Shown: positions 9,398 to 18,577 of the stretch, in pieces | Layout: every line of letters begins with the position of its first letter | Numbering within the stretch: the stretch's first letter is position 1 | From: a virus | Taxonomy: Duplodnaviria > Caudoviricetes | IMG/VR virus record: IMGVR_UViG_3300037424_000434 | Coordinates: 1 to 64,000 of that record | Reading direction: 5' to 3' (one strand) | Length of the DNA: 64,000 nt | Position numbers and translations under genes: made by a program | The notes under the pieces: generated by a model | Database searches by the model: none | What the model was told of the DNA's origin: nothing | The model's input: the letters and a program-made list of their open reading frames with translations, nothing else

Positions 9398-9433
9398 TAT
9401 AAATACTCTTAGAATATTAGACAGGAGTATTTT
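9398..9433 (+). promoter_or_regulatory. T4-like late promoter inside an RBS-sequestering hairpin
   Basis: TATAAATA at 9398-9405; AAATACTC pairs with GGAGTATTT just before ATG 9434. Confidence 0.7.
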
Positions 9434-9745
9434 ATGTCCAGAAATGAAAAGTTTATATCCAAGCTTGGATTTTTTATATCCCTTATCTCAGAAAGGAATG
9501 AGAAAGGAAAGTATGCAAATATTTCGATAGGCAGAATTTCCTTCTGGATCGTCTTCCTTCTTGCCCTGTGGATATGGACTACTACAACAGGGGATATACA
9601 GCCAGCTCATCTACAAATGCTGTATATCACAACAACATATAACTTAATGAAAAAAGCTTCTTGGTTTGGTAGTGTGAAAACGGGGGATAATCAAATATCG
9701 ATTACCCATGAGGCCGAAACAGATGATCCCGCCCCAAGAATATAA
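9434..9745 (+). CDS. probable holin
   Basis: small TM protein with SIGRISFW motif, directly upstream of spanins, under a late promoter. Confidence 0.6.
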   Translation: MSRNEKFISKLGFFISLISERNEKGKYANISIGRISFWIVFLLALWIWTTTTGDIQPAHLQMLYITTTYNLMKKASWFGSVKTGDNQISITHEAETDDPAPRI

Positions 9746-9757
9746 GGAGTAAAAAAT

Positions 9758-10189
9758 ATGTGGTGGATGACATTGGGAAAAGGTTTATTGAAGCGCCCAT
9801 GGATTATAGCATTGATTGTTATGACGCTTGCGACGAGTGTACAGTGGGTTAAAATCACCTCTCTAAGAGGTGATGTGGTTCAACTTCAATCCGAGATTGT
9901 ATCAATCAAAACCGATTTCAAAACATGCAAATCCAATGAGGTAACATTAAATGATGTTATTGATCAATGTAAAGGTGAGACAGGGGAATTCAAAGACAAC
10001 ATTGCTTTATTGGAGGATCAACTAGATATCGAAAAGGCCAGAGTTGTTGTGTGGAGAGATAAATATGCCAATAAGATTTGCTTTGAACCTAAAGATGAGG
10101 TTTCCGTTAAGAAAGACGAAGTGAGGATATTAAACGATGAAAAAAATGCTGAAGCTATTAATCGTATTAACAATCTCTTTAAGCCTTAG
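9758..10189 (+). CDS. inner-membrane spanin (Rz-like)
   Basis: N-terminal TM helix plus coiled coil; overlaps downstream lipoprotein. Confidence 0.75.
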   Translation: MWWMTLGKGLLKRPWIIALIVMTLATSVQWVKITSLRGDVVQLQSEIVSIKTDFKTCKSNEVTLNDVIDQCKGETGEFKDNIALLEDQLDIEKARVVVWRDKYANKICFEPKDEVSVKKDEVRILNDEKNAEAINRINNLFKP

Positions 10190-10454
10190 TGGTTGTGCTT
10201 GGTTTGCAAATCCCAAACCACCCGAACCGATTATTAAGATAGAACATGTTTATCACTATACCCCATGTGCCAAAGATGATCCTCCAAATTATGTACAGTT
10301 GTTGCCCAACAAACATATCGGGTCTGCCGAGAATATAAATATACTGATAGGTAACCTCGAAGTACAAAAAGACTATGGACAAAGCCTGAATACAACCATT
10401 GAATGTTATGAGAAACAAATTAAGAACTCGGAGATATCAAATGAAAATCGATGA
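10137..10454 (+). CDS. outer-membrane lipoprotein spanin (Rz1-like)
   Basis: signal peptide with lipobox LSGC, then a Pro-rich segment. Confidence 0.8.
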   Translation: MKKMLKLLIVLTISLSLSGCAWFANPKPPEPIIKIEHVYHYTPCAKDDPPNYVQLLPNKHIGSAENINILIGNLEVQKDYGQSLNTTIECYEKQIKNSEISNENR

Positions 10455-10620
10455 AGTAGTCAACAAATATCTGACAGAACAGACCGAATATCAAAAATTC
10501 TTTCAAAAGAAATTGGAGAAATTTGGTGTCAAGACACAAGCAGAATTGAAAGGCGACCAGAAAAAGAAGTTCTTTGATGAAGTTGATCGCGAATGGAAAG
10601 CGGACAAAGAGACTGACTAA
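10441..10620 (+). CDS. small protein with capsid-targeting-like N-terminus
   Basis: MKIDEVVNKYLTE; GGAG RBS. Confidence 0.7.
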   Translation: MKIDEVVNKYLTEQTEYQKFFQKKLEKFGVKTQAELKGDQKKKFFDEVDREWKADKETD

Positions 10621-11012
10621 TGAGATTCCAACACTACATATATGAAATGGCCGATGATACGGTTGATCTTCGTGGCCAAACCATCTTTAAACACGCTGGG
10701 GTTACCCTTGCCGATACTCATCATGCGGTCCAGAGGATACAGCAACGTAACGAGTTGACCATGGAAGAACTTAAAAGGCTCTTCGCTGAAGCTCTCGATA
10801 AGTTTAAGAAGATCAAAACCTATGTTGGGGAGAAGCTAGTCTTTTACTCCAAATCGCTAAAGCAATCTTTTATAGCCGCTGTTGAAGGCAAAAATGATCT
10901 AACATTAATAACCTTTTATCCAAGAAAGGAACGCCCTAATGCGTACACTCATCCGGACAACCATGATGTTGTTTTGGAGGGTGTTGTTTGCAGGTTGGTG
11001 GAAATTGATTAG
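10620..11012 (+). CDS. hypothetical protein, capsid-targeting-like N-terminus; possibly RelE/nuclease-like fold
   Basis: MRFQHYIYE; HAVQRIQQR...TLITFY pattern. Confidence 0.6.
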   Translation: MRFQHYIYEMADDTVDLRGQTIFKHAGVTLADTHHAVQRIQQRNELTMEELKRLFAEALDKFKKIKTYVGEKLVFYSKSLKQSFIAAVEGKNDLTLITFYPRKERPNAYTHPDNHDVVLEGVVCRLVEID

Positions 11013-11090
11013 ATGAAATTAAAGGACTATTATTTATTTGAAGCTACTATTTCGGGGACATATCCCACTGATGGTACGGGTGTTTCATGA
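11013..11090 (+). pseudogene. orphaned 25-codon N-terminal stub duplicating the gene at 11956
   Basis: MKLKDYYLFEATISGTYPTDGTGVS* vs MTKLSNFLKESTVAGNYPTDGTGVSG; 17-nt identity 11070-11086 = 12013-12029. Confidence 0.8.
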
Positions 11091-11959
11091 ACAAGTATGC
11101 TATGAGGTTTGAAAAGATTCTGAACACAAATGGATATGATTTGTTAACAGAATATATTGCAACACACACAAAGGTATATGTTAAGTGCCCAGAAGGTCAC
11201 ACCTATTGGGTAGAACCAAGTAAATTCAAGATTGGCAGAAGATGCCCAAAATGTTCTAATAGATGTTCAGATCAAGCAATGGAACAGCTTATTACTCTAT
11301 TAGATAAGGAAGGATATAAGTTAATATCCGAATATATTAACACACATACAAAAGTTGAAATATTATGTGCCAATGGACATAAATATTGGGCAGAACCAAA
11401 TTCATACAAAAGTGGGCACAGATGTCCACAATGCTCAAAAAATAGTTTGAAGTATGCAAAAAAACAATTCGTAGAACTATTGGACAGTGAAGGGTATAGT
11501 TTACTTTCATCATATAAGAATGCTCGTACTTGTGTTAAAGTAGAATGCCCCAAAGGGCATGACTGGGAAATAATACCAGATAATTTTAAAAGAAAATACT
11601 ATAGATGCCCCCATTGTGCGGGTTCTTCTGGTCAACGATTATTACAAGAAAAGATAGAAGAATATATTAAAGAAGATGTGATTTATAATGACCGAAAAGT
11701 TTTGGATGGACTTGAATTAGATATTTATTATCCTAAATTAAAAATAGCAATAGAATACCAAGGTAATTATTGGCATTCTTTGCCTGAACATATAGAGAGA
11801 GATGAAAGAAAAAAACAATTATGTAAAGAATTGGGTGTAAAATTGATCGAAGTATGGGATAAAGATTTTTTACAAGATCCAGATAATATCATTACTGGCT
11901 TAATGTCTAATTACTTTGAATACGAACCATGCGATATCACGGAGAACAAAAAGAAGTGA
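11087..11959 (+). mobile_element. free-standing homing endonuclease (zinc-ribbon repeats + Vsr/DUF559-like nuclease)
   Basis: three CPxGH..W..P..F..G.RCP.C repeats, then ELDIY...IEYQGNYWH. Confidence 0.8.
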
Positions 11960-12666
11960 CGAAACTATCTAATTTCCTTAAGGAATCAACAGTTGCAGGT
12001 AACTATCCAACAGATGGTACGGGTGTTTCGGGTGATGATGACCTGCCGACAGGTACGGTTATACTGGGAGACAAATTTGTCCCGGAGATTGTGCCTAACA
12101 GACTGACGGGAGCAACGAAAAGATATGTACCGGCTACCACCCACTGGAACTGGGATGAGTTTGACAATTGTTCGGGGATGGGTTCACAGGTAAACTATTC
12201 AACCACACTGGATAGTATGGAAGCCGTGTTTGGCGAAAGATTTTGGTCCCATATCGCACCAAAACGCTCTTCTGCTCTACAGAAGGATAAAGCAGAAATA
12301 CGTAGATCAAACGATATTGATCAAACAGCTAACTTGGGAGATGATAAACCCGAATCGGCTGAGGAAATAAGGCAACCCCCTCAGGGGGTAACTGAACAAA
12401 TTGAAAGGTATTTGTATGAAGAAGACCTAGGTTCGGCAGAGCGCCGCGACATATCCAAGGCAATAATGGGCCATAGGTCATTAAAGATCAAGATAAAGAA
12501 CATGAATCTTGAAGTGAAGATTACGGACTTGAAAAATGGTACAAAGTTCGAGTATCCAGAAAACATTGATTTTACTCTTGCATTAGTTGATATTTCTGAT
12601 ACAATGGGGTTGAAGTTTACAGAGGAAACAAAAAACAAAAAAACAATATTTATTATAAAGGAGTAA
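11956..12666 (+). CDS. hypothetical protein with capsid-targeting-like N-terminus
   Basis: GTG start overlapping the endonuclease stop; NFLKE motif. Confidence 0.7.
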   Translation: MTKLSNFLKESTVAGNYPTDGTGVSGDDDLPTGTVILGDKFVPEIVPNRLTGATKRYVPATTHWNWDEFDNCSGMGSQVNYSTTLDSMEAVFGERFWSHIAPKRSSALQKDKAEIRRSNDIDQTANLGDDKPESAEEIRQPPQGVTEQIERYLYEEDLGSAERRDISKAIMGHRSLKIKIKNMNLEVKITDLKNGTKFEYPENIDFTLALVDISDTMGLKFTEETKNKKTIFIIKE

Positions 12667-12670
12667 AAAC

Positions 12671-13003
12671 ATGGGGCAAGGAATTGCATATTATCTATCA
12701 GAGAATATTTCGAAAAGCTCTGTTATGTTTGACGTTGAAGTAAAAAGCATCGCATCAATGGTTGCCGGTAATGATCATTCTGGGGCCTATCTTAAAGGGG
12801 CCGAATTAATGAATAAGATTAATAAAGGTAAATATAAAAAGTTGGTGGAAATCTTCAAACATCTTGAAGCAATCCAAGATTTGGAGAAACATATGCCAAG
12901 TGATCTTGGGAAATATCAGAATGCTACTTTAAAAGATATGTTGAGCTATGCCAAGAACGATCTAGATTCAGTACAATATGATAAATTCTACAAGGCATTC
13001 TAA
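12671..13003 (+). CDS. hypothetical protein (YYLSE motif)
   Basis: AAGGAG RBS, 110 aa. Confidence 0.7.
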   Translation: MGQGIAYYLSENISKSSVMFDVEVKSIASMVAGNDHSGAYLKGAELMNKINKGKYKKLVEIFKHLEAIQDLEKHMPSDLGKYQNATLKDMLSYAKNDLDSVQYDKFYKAF

Positions 13004-13053
13004 TGAATTAACATAAAACACAAAAAACAATATTTACACCAAAGGAGTGATGT

Positions 13054-13338
13054 ATGGATATTTTGGATAAAATTAACGGTATGATCAATGAAAAATCACA
13101 AGACGCGGATGTGGTTAAAGTTGCGGGAATTATTAAAGGTGGGGTTGCTCTTATGGGCCTCAGAACTCCACTTGAAGGGATTTTCAATAAAAAAGATATC
13201 GATTTTGTGCTATCACCTGTTGCACATTTTCGCATCAAAACAAAGAAAGGTACTCTGATTATTGTCAATAAAAAATATGCCGATGACGCCGAAGAAGTTG
13301 TTGGGGAACTGGCTATTGGATACGAAGGCAAGATCTAA
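13054..13338 (+). CDS. hypothetical protein (MDILDKI...INE motif)
   Basis: AAGGAG RBS, 94 aa. Confidence 0.7.
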   Translation: MDILDKINGMINEKSQDADVVKVAGIIKGGVALMGLRTPLEGIFNKKDIDFVLSPVAHFRIKTKKGTLIIVNKKYADDAEEVVGELAIGYEGKI

Positions 13339-13979
13339 TGAAATTAAAGGAATGGCTTGCCATAGACCAATCGGGGATGGATATCTGTGAGATGGCTTTG
13401 CTACCGACCGAAATAGCACCAAAAAGAACAGTAAAAGCTTATAAGCTTTTCAAGATTAAAGGGGGCAAATTGTATCCTTTATATGTTCTTGCTAATGAAC
13501 CAGTGCCATTGAACAAGTGGATTGAAGCCGATATTGGTGAAATGAAAGATGGTAAGGTAAAATCCAAACTTGGACCTTTGGCGTTTAGACCCGGATGGCA
13601 TTCAGGTGATATGCCAATGGCTACCCATATAGGTGGTATATCAGTTCCCGGTCAGAAGGGGGGTAAGCCGGATTATCGCCCCGATGATCAAGTGTGGGCC
13701 GAAATAGAAGTCCCGGCTGATGTGGATTGGCAAGAAGAAGCCAATAAACGAGCAAAGAAAACAAAGGATGGCAAGATTGTGCCCCGTACCGCTCAGATAT
13801 CAGATCAAGTGCCAAAGGGTGGTTTTTATAAATACAAGACGAATAGTAACATGACTGGTACGTGGCTCATTAGCGGTGCTATGAAGGTTATTCGAGTTCT
13901 GTCTGACGACGAAGTTACCAAGATAAACAAGAAGTTTGGGGTGTCTGATTTGCCTAGATTGAAAGATAGAGCACTGTAG
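13338..13979 (+). CDS. polyvalent-protein-type domain, possibly ADP-ribosyltransferase-like fold
   Basis: AYKLF...LYPL...RPGWH...VWAEIE...W.ISG.MKV.RVL pattern recalled from phage/plasmid polyvalent proteins. Confidence 0.45.
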   Translation: MKLKEWLAIDQSGMDICEMALLPTEIAPKRTVKAYKLFKIKGGKLYPLYVLANEPVPLNKWIEADIGEMKDGKVKSKLGPLAFRPGWHSGDMPMATHIGGISVPGQKGGKPDYRPDDQVWAEIEVPADVDWQEEANKRAKKTKDGKIVPRTAQISDQVPKGGFYKYKTNSNMTGTWLISGAMKVIRVLSDDEVTKINKKFGVSDLPRLKDRAL

Positions 13980-14016
13980 ATAAAGTTTGATCCACACAAA
14001 CGCGGAGGCATATAGC

Positions 14017-14397
14017 ATGGATATTTTAAACCGAATAGATATTGTCTTGAATGAGACTCGTACTGCTGTAAAAAAGGGCATCTATTCACAGGATGGTCGA
14101 AAAATCGAAGGAAGCCGTCAAAGCAAGATGTTGCTTGCAATTGAATATGATGATGGTACTGTTGACAACGTTACTTGGAAGCAATTCAAGGACAGTAAAC
14201 TTCCTTGGGTTGGTGGCCAAGAAACCAGAAAACAAGAATTTTTAATGAAGCTCATCAGTCAAGAAAAGCAATTCAACAAAAAAGTTGAATATAACTCATG
14301 GGTAAGAAAGAACCAAGATGTTGAATGGGAAGTTAAAGTAGACCAAGCAATGAACATGATGAGCGTCAAATACGCCAAGGCAGGGATGAGTAGATGA
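14017..14397 (+). CDS. hypothetical protein (MDILNRIDIVLNE)
   Basis: GGAGG RBS, ATG 14017. Confidence 0.7.
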   Translation: MDILNRIDIVLNETRTAVKKGIYSQDGRKIEGSRQSKMLLAIEYDDGTVDNVTWKQFKDSKLPWVGGQETRKQEFLMKLISQEKQFNKKVEYNSWVRKNQDVEWEVKVDQAMNMMSVKYAKAGMSR

Positions 14398-14714
14398 AAA
14401 GCATTAACGAAACAATTGACAAATATTTAATAGAATCCTATGATGAGGATGTGGTTGATGAATTGGTTCAATCCATTATCAGTGACGGGGCCATATATAA
14501 AAATAAAGTAACACCTATTATATAGAGTTTAAAAAAGAAAGCTGCCAAAGGAATGTTCAAAAAAGAGGCTTCCTTGGTTTCGTGGAGACGTTTGGTTGAC
14601 GATGAGGCTAAACTATATACCAAAAAATATGGTACAATGTTTTCCGTTGAAGACAAAAAACAGGTAGCGGTTGAATTGGCCGATTATTACGACGAACAAA
14701 TACAAGGGAGATAA
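14394..14714 (+). pseudogene. 106-codon ORF interrupted by one in-frame TAG (14523-14525)
   Basis: MKSINETIDKYLIES...KVTPII*SLKKKAAKG...LADYYDEQIQGR; not in the supplied ORF track. Confidence 0.75.
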
Positions 14715-14716
14715 TT

Positions 14717-15127
14717 ATGAGATTTCACAGACACTTGAACGAAACATCCCATATGAGAAAAATTTATCAAGTCAAAAAAGACGGAGAAATCTGGTTTGCA
14801 TATGGCCCCGGTAGTGGTTCGACTACTAAAATAAAGGGTGGGTATATTACCGACAAGAAAGATGATACCAAATATAACCAAACAACACATGCTTTCGTTG
14901 AATATGCAAAAGCTAATAAACCCATGGCAACAAACAAAGACAAGTCGGTGGGGATGTATGCGCTCCCAGTATATGATTCAATGGATCACTCAATGTTTGA
15001 TGTATGGGGTGGGGACAAAAAACCAGCTAAAGTGAGATATTTTGTGGTATCCAAAGGCGAGATCAATGTAGTTAATTTTTTCGAAACTAAAGGGGAAGCG
15101 TCAAACTGGATCAAACATACCGCATAA
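14717..15127 (+). CDS. hypothetical protein (MRFHRHLNE)
   Basis: GGGAG RBS, 136 aa. Confidence 0.7.
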   Translation: MRFHRHLNETSHMRKIYQVKKDGEIWFAYGPGSGSTTKIKGGYITDKKDDTKYNQTTHAFVEYAKANKPMATNKDKSVGMYALPVYDSMDHSMFDVWGGDKKPAKVRYFVVSKGEINVVNFFETKGEASNWIKHTA

Positions 15128-15140
15128 CACGAGGGATATA

Positions 15141-15878
15141 ATGACTATTGATATTATAATGTGGAAGCATCTATCTTCCTTAGATGAGGGTACGACTAAC
15201 CCGGCTTTCAAAAATGACAAAGAAATCGCTGAATTCGAAAGAAATTTAAGGACAGATAAATTACCGCTGGCCCAACTGTCAACAGAGCTACGAGAAATTA
15301 TTAAAAACAAAAAAGAGTTGTTTAAGAAGACTCTTGACGATTTGGCGACTTTTGTTAAAAAAGATTTACGAAAGTACAACAAAACCAAGTTCATGTATCA
15401 AATAAAATCTATTGAATCCATTATCGACAAAGCCGTTGTTCGGAAGAAAGGGTTATTGGCGTTGAATGATTTGGTTCGTGGGGCTGTTCTCCTTGAAACC
15501 AAAGAAGATGCAGACGATTATGTTAAAACGTTTATACGAAAAAACAAAAGTTCGGTTATTTGGTATGAAGAGAAGCAAAGAGGGCAGGATAAGGAATATG
15601 GATACTACGGATCTCATCACATAGATTTGATCATCAATGGCCTCGTTGTCGAGTTACAGGTCATGACCAAAAAATTATGGTCTTACAAAGAAGCCGCCCA
15701 CCAAATTTACAATGCTAACCGCAGCAAACAGGATGGAAGTGTGAGCAAAGAAGATCAATATGATTCAAAGAAAATATTTTCATTGGGGAATAAAAAGAAA
15801 TATGTCAGGGAATCATTTACTGATGAAGAGCTTGGAGAAATGATTTATGATGATTGGAAAACGCTTGACTTGGAATAA
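15141..15878 (+). CDS. RelA/SpoT-family synthetase-like nucleotidyltransferase (small alarmone synthetase-like)
   Basis: QIKSIESIIDK, LNDLVRG, YYGSHH, VELQVMT, AAHQIY follow the SYNTH motif order. Confidence 0.75.
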   Translation: MTIDIIMWKHLSSLDEGTTNPAFKNDKEIAEFERNLRTDKLPLAQLSTELREIIKNKKELFKKTLDDLATFVKKDLRKYNKTKFMYQIKSIESIIDKAVVRKKGLLALNDLVRGAVLLETKEDADDYVKTFIRKNKSSVIWYEEKQRGQDKEYGYYGSHHIDLIINGLVVELQVMTKKLWSYKEAAHQIYNANRSKQDGSVSKEDQYDSKKIFSLGNKKKYVRESFTDEELGEMIYDDWKTLDLE

Positions 15879-15917
15879 GTAACCTGTTATATTTGTTATA
15901 TAGTCAGGAGATGCGTT

Positions 15918-16304
15918 ATGCAAAAAAAATTCAAGGTCGGTAAAATCGTGTATGTAGCAAACTTTGAAAACAGTGAGTTTGAGTTTTATATCGACTCCAA
16001 AGAGTCAGATAACACTCTTTGGTTGGACAAAGATTCATTTGATTATAAGTTTGGGGATCTCCCCCCTGACAGGGTTTATGGGTTCTTCCCTTCGGAAAAT
16101 CCAATGGCTGTGCTTTCAAACATGATGAAATTTGTCGAAAGCGCAATCAAAAGCAAAGCCCCATTTTTCTTCTTCTTTGAGGCTAATTGTGTCGAAAAAG
16201 AGGGGGTGTATGATAAGATCGCGAAAAGAATCGCCAACAAATACGGATACTTTCTGAGCGAAGAACGAGCTTTTCGTAAAAAATATATGTTCTACAAAAG
16301 ATAG
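15918..16304 (+). CDS. hypothetical protein
   Basis: AGGAG RBS, 128 aa. Confidence 0.6.
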   Translation: MQKKFKVGKIVYVANFENSEFEFYIDSKESDNTLWLDKDSFDYKFGDLPPDRVYGFFPSENPMAVLSNMMKFVESAIKSKAPFFFFFEANCVEKEGVYDKIAKRIANKYGYFLSEERAFRKKYMFYKR

Positions 16305-16353
16305 AGCAAAAAGGATTTTAAAAAGCATTTTGATAGATAATTAACAATACCAT

Positions 16354-17835
16354 TCAACTAAGAGTGGGGTTTTTCTGTTGTTCCCCAAACAGAGAGCTTT
16401 CAAACATATCAGTACCCTCTAATATATATTTCTCTTCTACTTTGAAACCTTCTATATTGTAATGTTTCAACCTTGTGTATGAGTGTTTTTCAAGAAATTT
16501 AACACTGTCACATATATCCCATACCAATGCACCATTCTTTTTATCAACGTGAAGTCTCAGAGCACGTCCAATTGATTGGAGAACTCTAATTTTGCTTTTA
16601 AAGGGTGAAGCTAATATTAGATTCCTCAAGCTTTTAATATTAATCCCTTGTTGAAAAACACCAAACGTCGCTATCAATAAAACGTTGTTTTGTGTGTCCA
16701 TGTATTTACGCCATGCTTCACGGTCCTTGGCGCTATCTCGTCCAGACAAAAATTCAACCTCATATTCGGCTAATTCGGGAGCCTCCTGTAACACTCTTTT
16801 TAGAACCTCACCTTCGTCTTCAACTTTTCCTACTAACAACAAAACAGACCCCTCGGACTCGGCGATAATATTACGAAGTACCCCCATACGATAATCATTA
16901 GTAAACACAAAGTCCTTGACTTCATTATAAGTAAACTTGGACGGAGGATTCTTAAGGTAACCTATGTGTACCATATTGATCTTACATTCAGCCACATAGC
17001 CAAGTTTGGCCAATTCAACAGACCCATATTCTTTCAAGATAGGACCAAGAAAAGACATGATTTGCAGACATTCCAGTTCTTGGTGGGGCATAGTACCCGT
17101 GAACCCATATCTAAATCGGGCCTTCGGTGCCTGTTGAAGCAGCTCGTTTAATATTTTAGCTTTTGTTCCGTGACACTCATCAACAATAACTAAATCCATG
17201 CGTTCCATGTGCTCAGGAACATTTTGAAGAGATTGCCATGTGCTGATAACGAGAGGTTTGTCCCATTCCCTCCAATCCTCACCAACACGTCCAATATTGG
17301 ACATGTCAATGCCGTACTCCACCATATCAGTATAGAATTGAATAACAAGGCCGACAGATGGTACTATAATAATGCCGTTTTTGACCAGACCAGAGGCAAA
17401 CAATGATCGCTGGACATATGAAATCATAAGCGACTTTCCACTAGCGGTAGCTGATCTGATAATACCTTTTGAGGTCTTTAAACAAGCATTGATACAGTCC
17501 TCTTGATAGTCATATGGGGCAAATAAGAGGTCTTTGGGATAATCCGGTACTATGCCCCTAAAAATCAATTTAACCTCGTTAGATATATCATATTGAAGCT
17601 CTGGCCACTCTTTTTTGTGGAACTTCAAAAGTTCCAACAACAATCCAAAAGGAATGGTTCTGTCCATGGAATTAAACATAGAAGTGCGTCCATCCCATTG
17701 ACCGAGCTTGTAACGAGGCTGAAATTTATAATTTTCTACATAATGAGAGAAATACTCCTTGACTGCTCTAAGATAATCCCAATTGTCTGTCTCTATCCGC
17801 ACGTGTAGTGGGCCATGTAATACAAAATTAATCAT
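16354..17835 (-). CDS. uvsW: SF2 DNA helicase UvsW
   Basis: ATASGKS, IVDECH, GFTGT, FQQGINI, QSIGRALR; T4 UvsW architecture. Confidence 0.93.
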   Translation of the reverse strand: MINFVLHGPLHVRIETDNWDYLRAVKEYFSHYVENYKFQPRYKLGQWDGRTSMFNSMDRTIPFGLLLELLKFHKKEWPELQYDISNEVKLIFRGIVPDYPKDLLFAPYDYQEDCINACLKTSKGIIRSATASGKSLMISYVQRSLFASGLVKNGIIIVPSVGLVIQFYTDMVEYGIDMSNIGRVGEDWREWDKPLVISTWQSLQNVPEHMERMDLVIVDECHGTKAKILNELLQQAPKARFRYGFTGTMPHQELECLQIMSFLGPILKEYGSVELAKLGYVAECKINMVHIGYLKNPPSKFTYNEVKDFVFTNDYRMGVLRNIIAESEGSVLLLVGKVEDEGEVLKRVLQEAPELAEYEVEFLSGRDSAKDREAWRKYMDTQNNVLLIATFGVFQQGINIKSLRNLILASPFKSKIRVLQSIGRALRLHVDKKNGALVWDICDSVKFLEKHSYTRLKHYNIEGFKVEEKYILEGTDMFESSLFGEQQKNPTLS

Positions 17836-18008
17836 TATATCGACATCTATATCCTTTGTGATGGTATTGTTTTCCTCTAGCGACAGCCGACATCAATTCA
17901 TGTGTTAAGCTATGCTCTCTGCAATATTGGCGAAGACCTTTGATATACACCTCTTTACCTTCGGGGGTAGTCACTATATTCCTTGGAATGAACGCTTTTA
18001 TCTCCCAT
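17828..18008 (-). pseudogene. degenerate homing endonuclease remnant (NUMOD1/IENR1-type C-terminus)
   Basis: reverse frame TTPEGKEVYIKGLRQYCREHSLTHELMSAVARGKQYHHKGYRCRYND*, overlapping the uvsW start; ATG 18008 coupled to stub stop. Confidence 0.7.
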
Positions 18009-18085
18009 TAACTGCATCGCAGATAGTCCCAATTTTCCGTATCGATACGGATATTCATTTGATCGTGAAGTTCTAATTTTACCAC
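18008..18085 (-). pseudogene. orphaned 25-codon stub duplicating the UvsW N-terminus
   Basis: MVKLELHDQMNIRIDTENWDYLRCS* vs UvsW MINFVLHGPLHVRIETDNWDYLRAV. Confidence 0.8.
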
Positions 18086-18091
18086 TAATGA

Positions 18092-18577
18092 TTAGTACCC
18101 CCCGCGAGACAAGTCCACGTAATTTCGTATATTCCAACCCATCTTATCAAATGCGCTATGTACAGCTTCAAAATATTGTGCTCTCATTTCCTGTTTTCTC
18201 AACAATCCCTTGAGATTCAATATCTCTACATCGGTGGTTAGATAATACTTTTCAATCTCTGTTTTACTTAGTGAAACAGCACCATTACGGAGAGATTGAT
18301 ATTTTTCCCCTGTAACCTTATCCAATCGGTCTTTTATTGCTTCCACTTTGGCTAGTTCCTGAAGGTATTTTAATTTAAAATCCTTCATATGAAAAGCTAG
18401 TCGTTCAAGTCGTTCTTTTAGATTGAATTCGTTGAAGTTCAGGAGGTCATACACATCATAATCAGTTTCGAGTCTGGAAAACATGGCATCTGCATTAAGC
18501 TCGTCACGGATTTTTTGGATCATTATTTGAGTGCCATTGTTATAGACATTCAACAGTTCGTCATAGTTTCTTTCCAT
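18092..18577 (-). CDS. uvsY: recombination mediator UvsY-like
   Basis: helical about 161 aa, SKTEIEKYY..D...GWNIRNYVD; adjacent to uvsW; late promoter TATAAATA at 18629-18636 (minus strand). Confidence 0.7.
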   Translation of the reverse strand: MERNYDELLNVYNNGTQIMIQKIRDELNADAMFSRLETDYDVYDLLNFNEFNLKERLERLAFHMKDFKLKYLQELAKVEAIKDRLDKVTGEKYQSLRNGAVSLSKTEIEKYYLTTDVEILNLKGLLRKQEMRAQYFEAVHSAFDKMGWNIRNYVDLSRGGY

